Counted from the whole stretch's first letter, positions 12,269-25,613 are shown. The stretch is DNA of 58,537 bases, filler included, from Sphacelaria rigidula (GCA_964200075.2; 7 parts of 7 records of this genome joined end to end with filler, not necessarily neighbours in it); one strand, 5' to 3'. Translations and numbers: made by a program. Notes: a model not told the origin generated them from the letters alone.

Positions 12269-14035
12269 ACTTGTGACCGCTCAGGAGAATTTACTCTCAC
12301 GCTCGGATATAATTTGGGTCTGAAAACATTTTTGCTTTAAACCACCGAATGATGTTGTTACAGTATTTTAGGATGTTCGCGCGTAACCTGGACGCGCCGG
12401 CCCTCATCACCGGGAGACGCGCTTCCGTGTTCCCAATATTTGTCATGAAAACGCCTTAACCTTTGAAAAAAAAATGTGAAGGCCCACTTTTCTCTTCTAT
12501 TTTCAGTATGCTTTTGCGGCTCTCCATGCAAAGTTTCAAATCACAATTCTGAGAATTGACCTGAAAAACTGAGATGAGGTTCAAGAACAACGTTCGTTGT
12601 CCCTCTAAACTCCCCTAAAAAAACTGTAAAAAAATGTTTTTTCTTGTGCACAAGCGATTCTCCATACGATTTTTTTTAAAGCACAACTCTCGGTAACTGA
12701 GCCGCGGAATCAGTATTTGGTGCGTTTTGTGCCTCTGCTCGTGATCTGTTGATTTTAGTATGCGATATTATGTGCGCTGTGTATCTCGAGATAGGTAACG
12801 AATTAGATGAAGGTGAGGACATTGATATTTTGCCCGTGCTCCAGGGAATGTCCACGCCAAAAATCGGCTTCATCCGCTGCGTACATCGTTCGGGGTTTCA
12901 TTTGAACCCTATATCCGTACGGTAGAGGAATTACTAGACATGGCGTTCAATCGACGAAAAAAAATGGCTCACGCTTTTGAGCGGATGGGCACTCTTCCCC
13001 TGATTAGACGATTGATGAGATATGCGGATCACGGCCCAACTCGTCTGTGTCGATGATATAGGGCTGTGTGTGAGAGCTCAGACACGTTTCTAGGCCGGAC
13101 CAGCTCATACAGCATTTCGTTGTTGAGCTCCGCGGGCACGACCTTGCTAAGCGACCGGACGTTCAAGTAACGCAATATTTGGAAGTGACGGACTCTCCTT
13201 TGAGTCTTAGGAGAGTATTCGTATTCATTCGACGCCATGGAGACGCTGCGTAATGGTGAAATGTATTTCGTCTGCGGGAACACCAGGGGTGTGTGGACGT
13301 CCCACCACCTCCACCCACGTCATGACTCCTCGACGGGAGAAGACCCCCACGGTTAGGGTTTGTGGGATTGAAGCCACTTCCTCCACTCACGGGAGGGCAC
13401 TATGAAGCTCGGGCAGTAAGAAGCTTCATTCGAATGCTCTGAATATCGCTCCCCGCGGTTAGAAACTGGAGGGCGTACTTCCGAATCCGTACAGTACCAA
13501 AGTGCAAGATCGTGCATGCTCACGAGTAGTACAAAAGTATACGAGTATAATTTTTTTCACCCCGTACCGCGGGTCTGACCAGAGGTGAAGAAATTTATCA
13601 ACCCCCAGACCACGAAACACAAAGCTATCCTTCTCTGCTGGATAAGCTCACAAGCAAGGGAACCAAGGAAGGTCTTTATCTCCGCTTTGCTTTAATTTTC
13701 TGGTGCCTCTTTTCTTTCTTAGAAGAAGCAAGAGATCTGTTTTTCACTCTGTCCACTACAAATACAATCTGCAGCAAAGGCGGGGGTTCCCGACGTACAA
13801 AGAGGGTGTTCGCTGTGTGGGGCTGGGCTGTGACACCTGCCGTGAAGTGCCTGACTGTGCAGCACCTGCTGGGATTATTGGACTGCTGTATCCGCTTCAT
13901 CACAGCACGCGTGTGCGTGTACACGTGAAGGGCACTTGCGAAGGCACCGACTCTTCGTGTCGGCTGGCTACTGTACTAAACTCTACTACTGTTGGCACTG
14001 CCAGCTGGTAGTGCGCGGAAGGCCAGCCAGAGACG

Positions 14036-15003
14036 ATGGCGGACAGTTGGGAAGACGAGGAATTTGACCTGCCAACGATACCGCCCACAACGGCACCGGT
14101 GTCATGGGAAGATGAGGTGAAAGTCCACACTCCTTGCGTCGCCAACACGAAGGGTGGCAATTGCTTCATCGTCTGTGCGGAATATGAAACTGTCTAGAAC
14201 TTTATGATGGTGCAGAAACGCAGTACAGACATACAACTGAGACGGTACAGCACACAACTGTACAATTCAACCGTCTGTTTGGGATGTGCAACCATCTTGA
14301 ATTTCATGTTGGTGCAAGGGACGTTGAGGATGTGACATTGACTGTCTGTTATACCCCCCCCTGGCATAATACCGCCAGGATAATACTACTCGGCACTTTT
14401 CTAACCCTATACGGCAGAGTACAGCAGCGCACGATATACTGCGCCTTCAGTCGATAAATACATTGTGCGCGAGGCTGTGATGAAACCGTATCGAGACTGC
14501 TTTATCATGTGTTTACTATGTCGCTTCATGAGTGCATATCGGAACAGAATGGACGAAGATAAGGAAGGGCAAGCGTGCACTGTCGGTTGTGGGATCTCGC
14601 TTTTGCTCCCTGCCTTCGTCCTTTTGGCCTTGCTTGTGAGTGTTGCCTTAAGGAGGATGGCAGCCAGTGGTGTGTTGCCCGCTCAGCCGCTCGGCGCAAG
14701 ACGCTTGCTGTCTTTAATTCGTGCTGGTCGGTCTATTGTAGAACCGTTTGTATCGAGAACCAACCTCCTTGCGACCCGAGTGCTGTACTCGTACTACGTA
14801 ACACCACATTTTGTACGTGCCGTCAGCACTCTGATGTGCAATCCGAGCTGAGTGATCACTGTAAGACTGATCGATAGTACTTGCTCGTGGGCGACCAGGA
14901 GGAAGAGGATCAGGACACGTCTGCTGTGGCGCCGGGAGTAGCGCCCAAGATGAGCGCAGGAAAAGCGGCAAAATCGGTTGCGGAAAAAGATGCGCGAATC
15001 GCG
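14036..15003 (+). CDS. EIF3J: Eukaryotic translation initiation factor 3 subunit J-like, 5' part (exons 14036-14116, 14899-15003); remaining exons not found in this contig
   Basis: MADSWEDEEFDLPTIPPTTAPVSWEDE|EEEDQDTSAVAPGVAPKMSAGKAAKSVAEKDARIA|gtaag. Two acidic (S)WEDE motifs are characteristic of the eIF3j/Hcr1 N-terminus; canonical GT-AG, phase 0. Confidence 0.7.
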
Positions 15004-15119
15004 GTAAGCACTGCAACGTAGGGTAAGGTACGGGAGACTGGTACGGGGTGTATCACTCCCTGAATAACACCCCCTGTGGTGAGCTTTAGGCTATCCTCGG
15101 CGCCATACAGTTAAAGTAC

Positions 15120-15120
<1 letters not shown>

Positions 15121-15191
<71 letters not shown>
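15121..15191. repeat. (GTT)n microsatellite, about 23 units
   Basis: Perfect GTT run; forms the (AAC)n tail of the adjacent minus-strand repeat. Confidence 0.97.
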
Positions 15192-15440
15192 CTTCACATT
15201 GAAAGCTGTTCCGATATTTGCGCAGTACTCGGGACTGGGCATCTGACGCGGATGTCTTCCGTGGTTACACGCTGACCATCGCAAATAAGGTATGAGGAGG
15301 GGGAAAAAAACGGGCCCAGAAAAGTTAACATGGACGCGATACAAAAACAAAGAAATATCAAGAAAAATATGCTGACACGAGTAACCTCATAAGTTCCGGT
15401 GCCGCAGGCGACCATTCTGGCTACTGGGGGCTCAATCACT
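15121..15440 (-). mobile_element. SINE-like retroposon with (AAC)n tail
   Basis: Minus strand ends ...GAGTACTGCGCAAATATCGGAACAGCTTTCAATGTGAAGACAACAAC; homologous to 54765-54870 (+). Confidence 0.65.
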
Positions 15441-16654
15441 CAACACGCGAGGCCAAACATAAATTGAACCAAGACCACGAACCATGGCGATAAGAACCGC
15501 AGGGTTCTATCATTTCACCCAGAGGGACAGCCTTATGTACGAATATACCAGGCATTGTAAGAAAAGCACCACATAACAACACACCACCTCAGCGCAAGAG
15601 TACATATAAGCCACCAATTAGTAGAAAAAATGATGACATGAGGGAGATGGTGGGGAGTCCCTCCACCTCCATGTTCGAGTTCGGTGCAAGCTGGCTACAC
15701 ATTTTCCCATCTCCTTCCTGCTCTCCTCGGTCGCTCCGGCATGCTCAATTTGAACCCTTCTTGGCTCATTCCCGTGTTCATCCCCCTCAATCCTCTGAGC
15801 CATCGTCACTGTTGTAGTGGTGTTGATCCCGTTTAATCGCACGTATTCGGCTGGCCTCCTCCTCATTAATGTGCCATGAGGTCATGAACCTCTCCAATCC
15901 CAGCAGCAACCCCGCGTGCCACGGTATCCCTCCTTCGTTATTCGCTGCTGAGGACCAGAGAAGCACCTACAGTACTTTGTCGAGCTTCATGCAGCAGTGC
16001 GTTTACACCCCTGAACGCCACCTCCCGGTCATGAGTTTTCGGGTCCCATAAACTAATCAATCACGCACGCACAATTACCATCTTCCCCCCACAAACAGAT
16101 TGTGCTATATGTTCGTCGTGAGTGTGCCTACTTCTTTTCACTTCTTATGTAATCCATTTCCCAGAACGAGGTGGCTGCGCCTTAACTCCACTTTACGGGG
16201 GAATATTGGCTCTATATCTACTTTTTTCCAGTCTTGTGTGTCTGTTTTTTTTCCCGATGAGCTGGGCTGGCCCCAGCCAGCACGTACGCTAACTAGTGGG
16301 CAAGAAAACTCGGCACCGTGTATAGAGGCAACCGGATGTGGTATCGCCGGAGCGAGGATCAAAGATCACCGTAGGGATAGAGGTGGTGTAGCGTGAGCTA
16401 TCCTTGTACATGTGTAGAAAGTGCGCCTTGTTCTACTTGACCTGACGTGAGTAAATTTGACCTTGAAGCGATGACAATGGAAACCTTAAATATCGTCACC
16501 TGCTCTTTGATGTGCACTCTACCCTTTTGCAAACGCCCCTTCACCACCGCTAAGCTTGACAATAAACCCCCTCCCCACGGTGCTCCGTCTCGAAAGGGAT
16601 GCGTGGTCAATGGTCACACGACTCAAGCAAGCAACAAATGAGAACGCCTCCCCC

Positions 16655-16754
16655 NNNNNNNNNNNNNNNNNNNNNNNNNNNNNNNNNNNNNNNNNNNNTT
16701 AATTAATTAANNNNNNNNNNNNNNNNNNNNNNNNNNNNNNNNNNNNNNNNNNNN
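16655..16754. other. Artificial contig linker
   Basis: Same N44-TTAATTAATTAA-N44 spacer. Confidence 0.98.
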
Positions 16755-16924
16755 CCCCCCTCTGTTTGCAAGTCTTACATACCTGGATACATATAAAAAT
16801 ATAAATGCAGTTTCGTGACAGAAGAAATTTCGATATCCTCACCACTGTCGAGATAGTCTTCCACCTGGTACTTTCTAGGCGTCTCGACAACTTCACTTCT
16901 TTGTTCGTGTCGGTCGTTCTCCAG

Positions 16925-19900
16925 TTAAAAGCCTTCAAGGTTCGCCCTTTTTGGGAATTCGAGTGCGGACCGGAAGCGGGTCGGAAGGCTTTAGCGGAAG
17001 CCGAGGATGCTCTGGTCAAAGAACGGAAGAAGCTGGACACCGCCACGCACCTTTGCGCACTTTTTGACTTCCCAGATCTTATCAAGGAGAGCCAACGTAT
17101 GATTGCCGGCATGGAGTCCAACTGCAAACTGATGTACAAGGTCAGTGATGCACTGTAGCGGTGCATGCAGAAGTGTCATGTTTGTGGTGCTCGAATTTTG
17201 CGTAGCTCACTAGAGCAACGGTGCCCAAAGCGATATTCTAGCTATCGTACGGCGCCCTGCGGGCACAAACTCTGTTCGCTCGTACACAAATAGGATGTAA
17301 CCAAGCGATGGACCAGTCCTCATTTTTGTCTAATCCACCAGGTGTGGGATGTTTGCGAGGAGCTACAGACGTTCATTCAGGATAGCAAAGAGGTGCTCTG
17401 GTCGGAGGTGAGCTCTGCCAGACAGTATCTCGATTCCTTGCAAGAAGTTGGTGTTGCTTCTGCGCTTGTCGGGTTAGCGTCAAGCGGGTTTTGTGCCCGT
17501 GTAGCCTGTATGCGAACGAACGCACGCATACGCTCTTGAGGTGGAGGACCTATGATTTCAATTACCCTTTTCCAGTCAATTCCGTCATCTAGCAGAGCTT
17601 ACAATGATACAGTCCATTCGTGAAGGTCAGTTGCGGCGAGGGTTTGCTTCGGAAATTGTCCCATGGGGAGACTCTCGGCTCGTACACGCTCGCCAGAGGA
17701 AACACTGTATTGGGGCAGCAATTCCTACGCCCCGCCGACTTGTAAAACATGTTTAATCTTTTGACTGCGGTATCCGACGCCCTGAAAGTTAGGTCAACCC
17801 GGAGGCGCTCGAGGATGACGCGAAAGGTCAGATGAAGAGCGTCAAGGCCGCCGGTCACAAAGATGTGCGCTGGTGCGGCGCTTTCAAGGTACGGAATGAT
17901 CGTATTTGGCTGTTTGCGTTTTTTCATCACAACAGAATGACATTGTGACCTTTTCATTGCTAGGGCCCTCGTTTCGTGAGCTTCAGATGCATGACGAGGC
18001 AACCTTGCTCTTCGCTTCGATGGATGCGGTCGGCCCCATCTCGACCCGTTCGCACACAGGCGGAGGACAAACTATGCAAAGACTTCCTCAACACGATCCC
18101 ATTGATATCTCTTCTCGGGAACAGCGCTATGAGACCCCGACATTGGCAGATGCTCATGAAGGCGACCGGTATGTATACGTCAATGCCGCCCGCTCGTCAA
18201 CTGAGAGCGTGCTCCAATAGCTAGCTGTTTCCGTCCTGCGTCGTCGTACTATAGTACTTCATGCCTGACACACAAATATCCATGTACTACCTGGGCCAAG
18301 GTGGTCAACACTGTAGTACTTTTGTGGAGCTCCTGAAGTCAGGACATCTCCACTCCCTCGTGATAGCACCGTCGGCCCTTCCGAATATGCCCACACGCAG
18401 GCAAGAACTTCGTGCCTCCCTACGAAGATAAGGAGCTCAAGCTGGGGGGGCTTCTTGCCCTCAACCTGCACGAGTTTAGTTCGGACGTGGAAGAGATTGC
18501 TGACCAGGTACTGTACAGTGCTTGTGTTCAATCAGTCGTTGCGGTCGTTCGCGACAGGCGAACAGGGGGCACAACGAGGACGGGAAGCGTCTGTTTTTTC
18601 GTACCCTTTTGAGGTCGTAGAGCGATAGGTTTCGAGTTTGTTTAGACCATCGCTCTATGACGCCGTTCCACGTGCGTCCGTAGGCGATCAAAGAGGAGAA
18701 AATGGAGATTACGCTTGGACAGCTATCGGAGCGATGGGCGAATATATGCTGGGGGATGGATCCGTACAAGGGAAGCGATGTACCCTTACTAAAAATTGCT
18801 GAAGAGGACTTCGAGGCGCTAGAGGTAAGCAACATATGTTACGTGTAACACTGCATAACCTGGGAATCCTTTCCTTTTATATTACACCGGCAGAACAGGG
18901 GGCGAAAAGGCTAAATGACCCCTTTTCATTTAGAAAGCTCTCGCTGAAACCTTGCCACAGCTGCTTTACGCCGCGAATCTTCGTTCGAAGCTCTCGGTGA
19001 GTTGAAAGAAGAAACTCCATCCACAGCTCTGTGCTGTTTTCTATTGAGTCCCCCCTCCTCCCTCCCTCGTAAGGGTGACCATTCACGTACAGTGATACAC
19101 TGTAAAGTGGTGAAGATCTAGATGCGTTGCTGAATTAGGACCAGAACAATCGGAGAAGTGACGAGCGATCCTTGGAACGGTGCAAGCGGCTGTTCCTGTG
19201 AACGTTGTGCATCGTTCTTCGGCATAAACCTATGCTCTGACCACGGCCGCGTTGCACCCGAAGGTTCTTCTCCAACGCGTTGCCGCTCTGTCTTGTATTT
19301 ACACCCAACCTCTGCGGTGGCTGTCACTTCATCAGGCGGACCAGCTTGTAGTACAGGGCATGATGGCATCAAGGTACCTCGCCCAGTTCGAAGAGGTCGT
19401 CTCCGGTTGGCAAGGGCAGCTCAGCATGGTCAGGTGAGGCGGGAAGCAAGGCAATATCGTTCCGCCCTCGTTGGCTACGTCAGTTTGAAATTGCAGATCT
19501 CCCAGCACTCTACGGCTTGTTTCGTGAATGTTTCATTTTTTCTTTATTCTCAACAACATACACCCACATGACCCACATGCCGCTTCCACATCCTGTATTC
19601 GGTGATTGCATCGACTTCACCTCACATTCCCTCGTATTGTTGGCTACCTTCTCTTGCAGCGACGTCTTTACAATACTGCAGGAAATTCAGCGAACCTGGT
19701 CGTACCTGGAACCCTTGTTTATTGGCTCTGAGGAAGTGAAGAAAGAACTCCCGGAAGACGCCAAGCGTTTCGAGGGCATCGACACTGACGTCAAAGACCT
19801 CCTCAAAAGCGTAAGTTCGGAGACAAGCGAAACGTGACGTTGCGAGGCGTCTTGTCACAAACGCGCTGTCACCGTCCGTGATTGAAGACGTTGACATGTG

Positions 19901-22900
19901 TTTCGTTCTCGTGGGCATCGGAGTCATACCCCTATGTGTTCTGGACTGCCCACGTCCCAACTTTGATGATGTCCCACGCCAACACAGCTCTGGGAAAAGA
20001 AGAACGTGAATGCGGGGTGTAACACGGACGGCTACCTGGACAAATTAGAATCTATTCAGGAGCAGCTAGAACTGTGCAAGAAAAGTCTCGCCGACTTCTT
20101 GGATGGTCGGAGGCGACAGTTTCCTCGTTACTACTTCGTTTCCGAGGCGGACTTACTCGACATTCTCTCCAACGGTTCAGATCCAACCAAGATTCTTGTT
20201 CACACGCCCAAGGTCAGCATTTGCTACGTTACAGCAAAAGACCCGATGGCCAATAATTTACTCATGTTATCCACTACGTGCCATACCATATAGTCGCGCG
20301 ATCGTCGACCATGTTTTCGCATAGTCTACAATGCATCTTGCCTGAGCCTCCCGCGGAGAATCCCACTCAGTGCAGTCCTCCCCAGGGCTATCCCGCGCCA
20401 CTGAAGCAGTACCTATAGTTTCACGATGCTGCTTTGCTGCCTCCAGCTTCTCTCTGTTCTGAACATTGTCTGCACCTTTGACACCACCCGATGGTGCGTT
20501 CCTGCCATATCTTGAATGATGTTACCTTGCTTCAGGTGTACCTATGCTGCAAGACGCTGATCCTGGGTGACGAGCTTATGCCGTCCGGCAGGTACGCCAA
20601 AATGCATGTCGGGTGAAAATGCAGCAGGTGTCCCTAGAAAGGTCGGCCTATCCCCGGTGCACAGGAACAACATTGCCAGACATGCGAGGCGTGTTGCAAT
20701 ACCATATAGGATTCGGAACCACTTTTCCCTTAAGAAAGTGGGACTGTCTTCACAAACCCTCAGACGCTGAATATTCGACGTCCGGGGCAGAATGTTGAAC
20801 GGAAATTCGTAGTCGAGAGTCTTGAGATCAGCTTCCATCGGAGGATTTACGATGATTCTCGTGTATTCGCTTCGAAAGATACCCCCATTTTCCTTGCTTC
20901 CGCATGCACTACCGTACCGCCTTGCACGTGCTTCTCTATGATTCCCGCTCTCAGACCGCAGGCGGTGCGGCTGGTATCCGGAGTCGGCAGTGAGGAGGTA
21001 GAGTTCGAGCCGATAATCCCGCTCGAAGGCAAGGTGGAAATATACATGCAGGTGACTGACGTAGACATTCGCGTGGTGCGCTTTATGTGTAGTGCACCAC
21101 CATGTCGCCTCACCTGTCGAAGTTCAAGTATTGCTGCAACCCTCCTGCCAAACCCGTCCGTGCTTTATCACACCATATCGAGTAACACGTGTTTTCCTCT
21201 TCAACTACTGTTGAAGTTGTGATAATTTATGTCTGCATACGCATCGGTATCTCGGCACGCGGCCTCTTCAGGTTATTCTCGACGTAATCAAAGCGTCCCT
21301 CTACAACAACCTCAAGCGCTCGCTGATCCGGTACGGGGAGATAAGTCGACCAGAATGGTTGATGCACAAGAACCCCACATCAGGTTGGAACGGCGCGGAG
21401 GGTGGCGTTCAGAGAACGACTCGGTCGTTCCCCTTCCGACGATTTTTCTAGATTGTTCGATGAAGTCGAAGCAAGGAAGTGGGACTTTTGTGAAATGGTG
21501 GGGTCTCGTCAAAAGCTCTTTCATCTCTGGAGCCAAGTGTCGGGTAGGGCAACGCGATTCAAGCGTAGTCTTCTGCGTACCCGCGGTAGATTTTCTTTTG
21601 TAGACTCGCATAACAGTAACAGTAACACACTGTTGGTGTTTCACAGGGAGACCAAGTGATCCGGCGCAAATCATTCTTCTGACCCTGGCCATCAACTATG
21701 TCAGCGAGGTGAGCAGAGATGTCGCCACAGGAGACACTTCTTCTGGCTTCCACAAATGAGGCTGACTAGACGCTTCGACACGGAATTTGAGCGAGTACAA
21801 GAGCGAATGCTTGGTAAACGTTCACGATATTTTTCACATTCACGAGAAATAGGCCAAGTGTTGCCTTCGCGCGGATAAGAGCATCTTCTACACACAACTG
21901 CTGAATTCTTCTCGTGGACAGGGCTGAAAGCCTTGTCTCCTGTGTGTTGATGACACGTGTCATACCCCAGGTGGAAGCAGCGTTCCTCGAAGGAGAAAAG
22001 GGAAAGAAAGACCCCTTAGTGGCGTACAACAAGCAGCAGATCGATCAGCTGAACGACCTCATCAGGTGAGAAGCCTATTTGCACAAGTTGGCGCCCACAG
22101 TCGTACCGAAACGAACGAACGAAGTCGCGCATCTACATCGACCCACCTCGGCAGGGGTTTCTTAGGGAAACTCGGTGAATGTGCAGATGGATGTTGCGGA
22201 GTCTCGGGCGCTTTGTGTGACCTGGATCGTTGTGCGGTTTGGGAGAGCTGAAGACTCCTCGAACTATCCGCTGCGGCTCTCAATCTCGCCACAGGCTGAC
22301 GCAGTCAGATCTTAGCAAAGGGGACCGTACCCGTGTCATGGTGTGCATCACCATGGATGCACACGGTCGCGACGTGGTCCAGAAGATGGCCAGAGAAGGT
22401 GTTAGCAGGGTGAGCATCAAGTCTGTTTTTTGGGCAACTTTTCAGTCGCTGAGAAATCGTTCTTGCCGGAAACTTACATACGCTGCTACTGACAGACACT
22501 CACACGAGACCCTGTTGCCCTCAGATCTTAGACCGCGAAGCTAGTGAGTCTACCTGCTCGAATCGGCATACTTTTTTGTTTGGCAAATGAATTGTGTATC
22601 CTGCGGTCGAGTTGCTGTGGTTCAACGGTCAAATACGTCGAGGCACCCAAGGCCTAATCCTGACGCCATCTAAATGTTGCTGGCCACACTTCTCAGGCCT
22701 CCGAGTTCCAGTGGCAGTCCCAACTGAAGCATAAATGGCGGGTGCCACCTCCATCGGCTAGTTTCCAAAGTCGAGATCCAAACCTGCGGGGGGCCGGCGG
22801 AGAGAGGGCAGAGATTGCTATTGCGGACGCCACTTTACCATACGACTACGAATACCTTGGCAACGGCCCGAGGCTTGTGATTACACCGCTTACCGATCGG

Positions 22901-24612
22901 ATCTACGTGACGGCCACGCAGGTTGGTTGTTCACGACCACGCAGGCCACCGCACCAGATGAATTCACCTACCAGAAGCCAAAACTGCTACAGCCTAGGGG
23001 CTGTAGTCAGATGGGCTACTTGACGGTACCTCCACAATTTGTTGCCACCTTTGAAATTCCATAGTGCGCTCATCTTACAGCAGTCTAACTGACAACGAGC
23101 GCAGATGTCACGGGTACCGTGGCTTCATGCGGGTCGTGCGCATTTTCAAGAGGAACATTTTTGCGACGTCAGTGTGTGTCTTTCGTTGCAACAGGCCCTC
23201 AACTTGAAGATGGGGTGCGCACCGGCTGGCCCTGCCGGTACAGGAAAGACTGAGAGCACCAAGGATCTCGCAAACGCGTTGGCTAAGTGTTGCTATGTCT
23301 TCAACTGCTCACCGGAGATGGACTACCAGGGTCTCGGCAACATTTTTAAGGGTAAGTTGGACGGGCAGTCACGTTAGAAACTGGGTAGCGTAACTCTCGC
23401 GCTCCTCTACTTGCGGGGTATGTCACTGGATCACCGGTATATCTATCCCCCAAAGTATGTGTACTGAGAATGTACTGAAGATGTTCGTTTCCTCGTGCTA
23501 GAATGGTAAACTCACCTCAGCCAGCCTTTATCCCTCCACTTGTATCTGCTGCGCATAGGCTTGGCATCCTCCGGCGCATGGGGGTGTTTCGACGAGTTCA
23601 ATCGACTTATTCCCGAAGTGCTGTCCGTGTGCTCTGTACAGGCGAGTCCCCAACTATAGGCGTATGTACCATGCACTCCGCTCTTTTCGTGTGCGGGATA
23701 GATACACACGCCACAAAGCGTCTGAATCAACGGAGTAAATACTAGGTAGGTACATGTCGCGTCAGGACGGTGGTCACCCGTACAATAGTCACGCGTGCGC
23801 TCCCTCCATCCCGCCGTCTCCACGTTTGACTCACCCACGTTTGACTCACCAGTTCAAGGCTGTTTGTGACGGTGTGAAGGCTGAAGCAGCGCGTATTGTC
23901 ATCGAGGGAGACGAGATTAGCCTAGATCCCACGTGTGGAGCATACATCACTATGAACCCAGGATACCTGGGGCGGTCCGAACTGCCCGAAGGTGTGCTCT
24001 GACACTCTAGCTGTGTACTCACGTCGGGATGTATTTAGTCTTGACAAAAAAAACGCCACACGTTGTTCGGTGGGTAATGCCCTTGCTCCGCACCACCAAA
24101 TTGTTCATTCTATCAAACAGACCCCTCAAAAATACGATTCGTCCCACCCAGGGTTGAAGGCGCTTTTCCGGCCAATGACGGTTATGGTTCCCGACCTAGT
24201 CCTCATTTGCGAGAACATGCTCATGGCCGAAGGCTTTATCGAGGCTAAGGTGAGCTCTCTCGCGTATATCATTCGCCAGTCACTGCATAGCTCCAACCAG
24301 ACGTCAAGTAGCGAAACCCCCGTGCGTCGCACCAGGGACTAGGGCTTGGGTGCGATGACTACATGATTCTGGTCGGTAATGCTGTTTGTCGATCAGCACA
24401 AACGTGTACCCAGTTAACCCAGGCACAGAAGCATGATGTGTAGGATTCTTTCTGTTCTGAGAGGAATCACCAATGCACCCATTCGCAATTGCGATATATT
24501 TGTCGCGGTTCCAACCCAGGTCCTCGCATCCAAATTCTACGGACTCTATTCCCTACTGCGAGAGCTGCTTTCTAAGCAGATGCACTACGACTGGGGGCTT
24601 CGGGCTGTGAAG
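16925..24612 (+). CDS. Axonemal dynein heavy chain, outer-arm type (alpha/beta-like); internal fragment covering tail end, linker and AAA1
   Basis: 21 phase-consistent exons (2541 nt, 847 aa): 16925-17140, 17342-17407, 17793-17888, 18060-18168, 18401-18507, 18684-18824, 19336-19433, 19660-19810, 19988-20212, 20536-20591, 20955-21051, 21272-21383, 21647-21708, 21971-22065, 22295-22409, 22697-22921, 23195-23351, 23559-23641, 23853-23991, 24152-24249, 24520-24612. Motifs: [50 protein letters not shown]-loop GPAGTGKTE, Walker [26 protein letters not shown]. Confidence 0.97.
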
Positions 24613-24695
24613 GTGAACAACCCACGAACATTCCCGTACGACTCTGCCCTCCCTGTTCTTACACTGGCACACCCACAAGGTGCTGCCAGACATGC

Positions 24696-25031
24696 ACCTG
24701 CCAGAACAAAGAAAGAGATATACCAGTCGTCGACAGGAGAAGGAAGTAGATGAACAAAACTGCCTCTGTGGCAAAGGAATAGAGATCAGAAGTCATATGG
24801 TTGCAGAACGTGAACAATAGAAGGAGGAACGGGACGTGCCAGAGGGGGAAATGCGGGACGTAAACGAAGGTGGCATGGAATCGTTCGATGCGTTAGACAG
24901 TAGCGAGAAAACGATGGTTATACTAGGAGATAGGTGGTGGCTAGAGACGGCGAAACAGGACGGAGATCAGATATGTAAAAGTTTTTTGTGTAATGTATGG
25001 AAGAGACGTAATGGGCTATGGAAGGAAAGTA
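24696..25031 (+). mobile_element. Degenerate non-LTR retrotransposon (LINE) ORF2 C-terminal fragment inside a dynein intron
   Basis: Reads RKRYTSRRQEKEVDEQNCLCGKGIEIRSHMVAEREQ*KEERDVPEGEMRD...ILGDRWW...FLCNVWKRRN: a decayed CCHC knuckle (C-x-C-x8-H-x4-[R for C]) with an in-frame stop. Confidence 0.6.
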
Positions 25032-25131
25032 NNNNNNNNNNNNNNNNNNNNNNNNNNNNNNNNNNNNNNNNNNNNTTAATTAATTAANNNNNNNNNNNNN
25101 NNNNNNNNNNNNNNNNNNNNNNNNNNNNNNN
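25032..25131. other. Artificial contig linker
   Basis: Same spacer. Confidence 0.98.
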
Positions 25132-25613
25132 TCGCTGCCGTGCAGAAACTTCTGGGTTAGGGGCACATGGTCCAAACCGCTTGCGAATCCCGAGTCTTTT
25201 GAACAAAGTAAATGAAATTGCGATGGTCCGTTAAACCTTAATTAGAAGTTGAACCTCAAAGACGAATTCAGGCTGTTATGAAAAATAAAAATAAGCTGAC
25301 ACGAGAAACACAGCAGGTGCTACAAAATCAAGAGAAATCAAAATGAAGGAGGGAAAAAAAAACGGAATCCAGACCAGAAAACCGAACAGAGAAAGAAAAC
25401 AAATGAGGGCCTAAGGGGGAAGTTCCGACCCGAAAAAAGATGAGGCAAAAAAACCAACAAGGCGGACCATGTCCCCGAAGAAAAATCAAGATAAAACGTT
25501 ATGAAGGAAGGAAATAAAAACGGAAACGATAACAAGATATATAACCGAGCTCATGATCAACGGGAAAACACGAGTGAAAACAAAGCCAAAGAGAGTAGAG
25601 GAAAGGAAATACT

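Noticed and set aside
8378..25031. Apparent SET-eIF3j-dynein gene cluster
   Set aside because: Dynein is on a different contig separated by a synthetic linker; SET and eIF3j adjacency alone implies no shared function.
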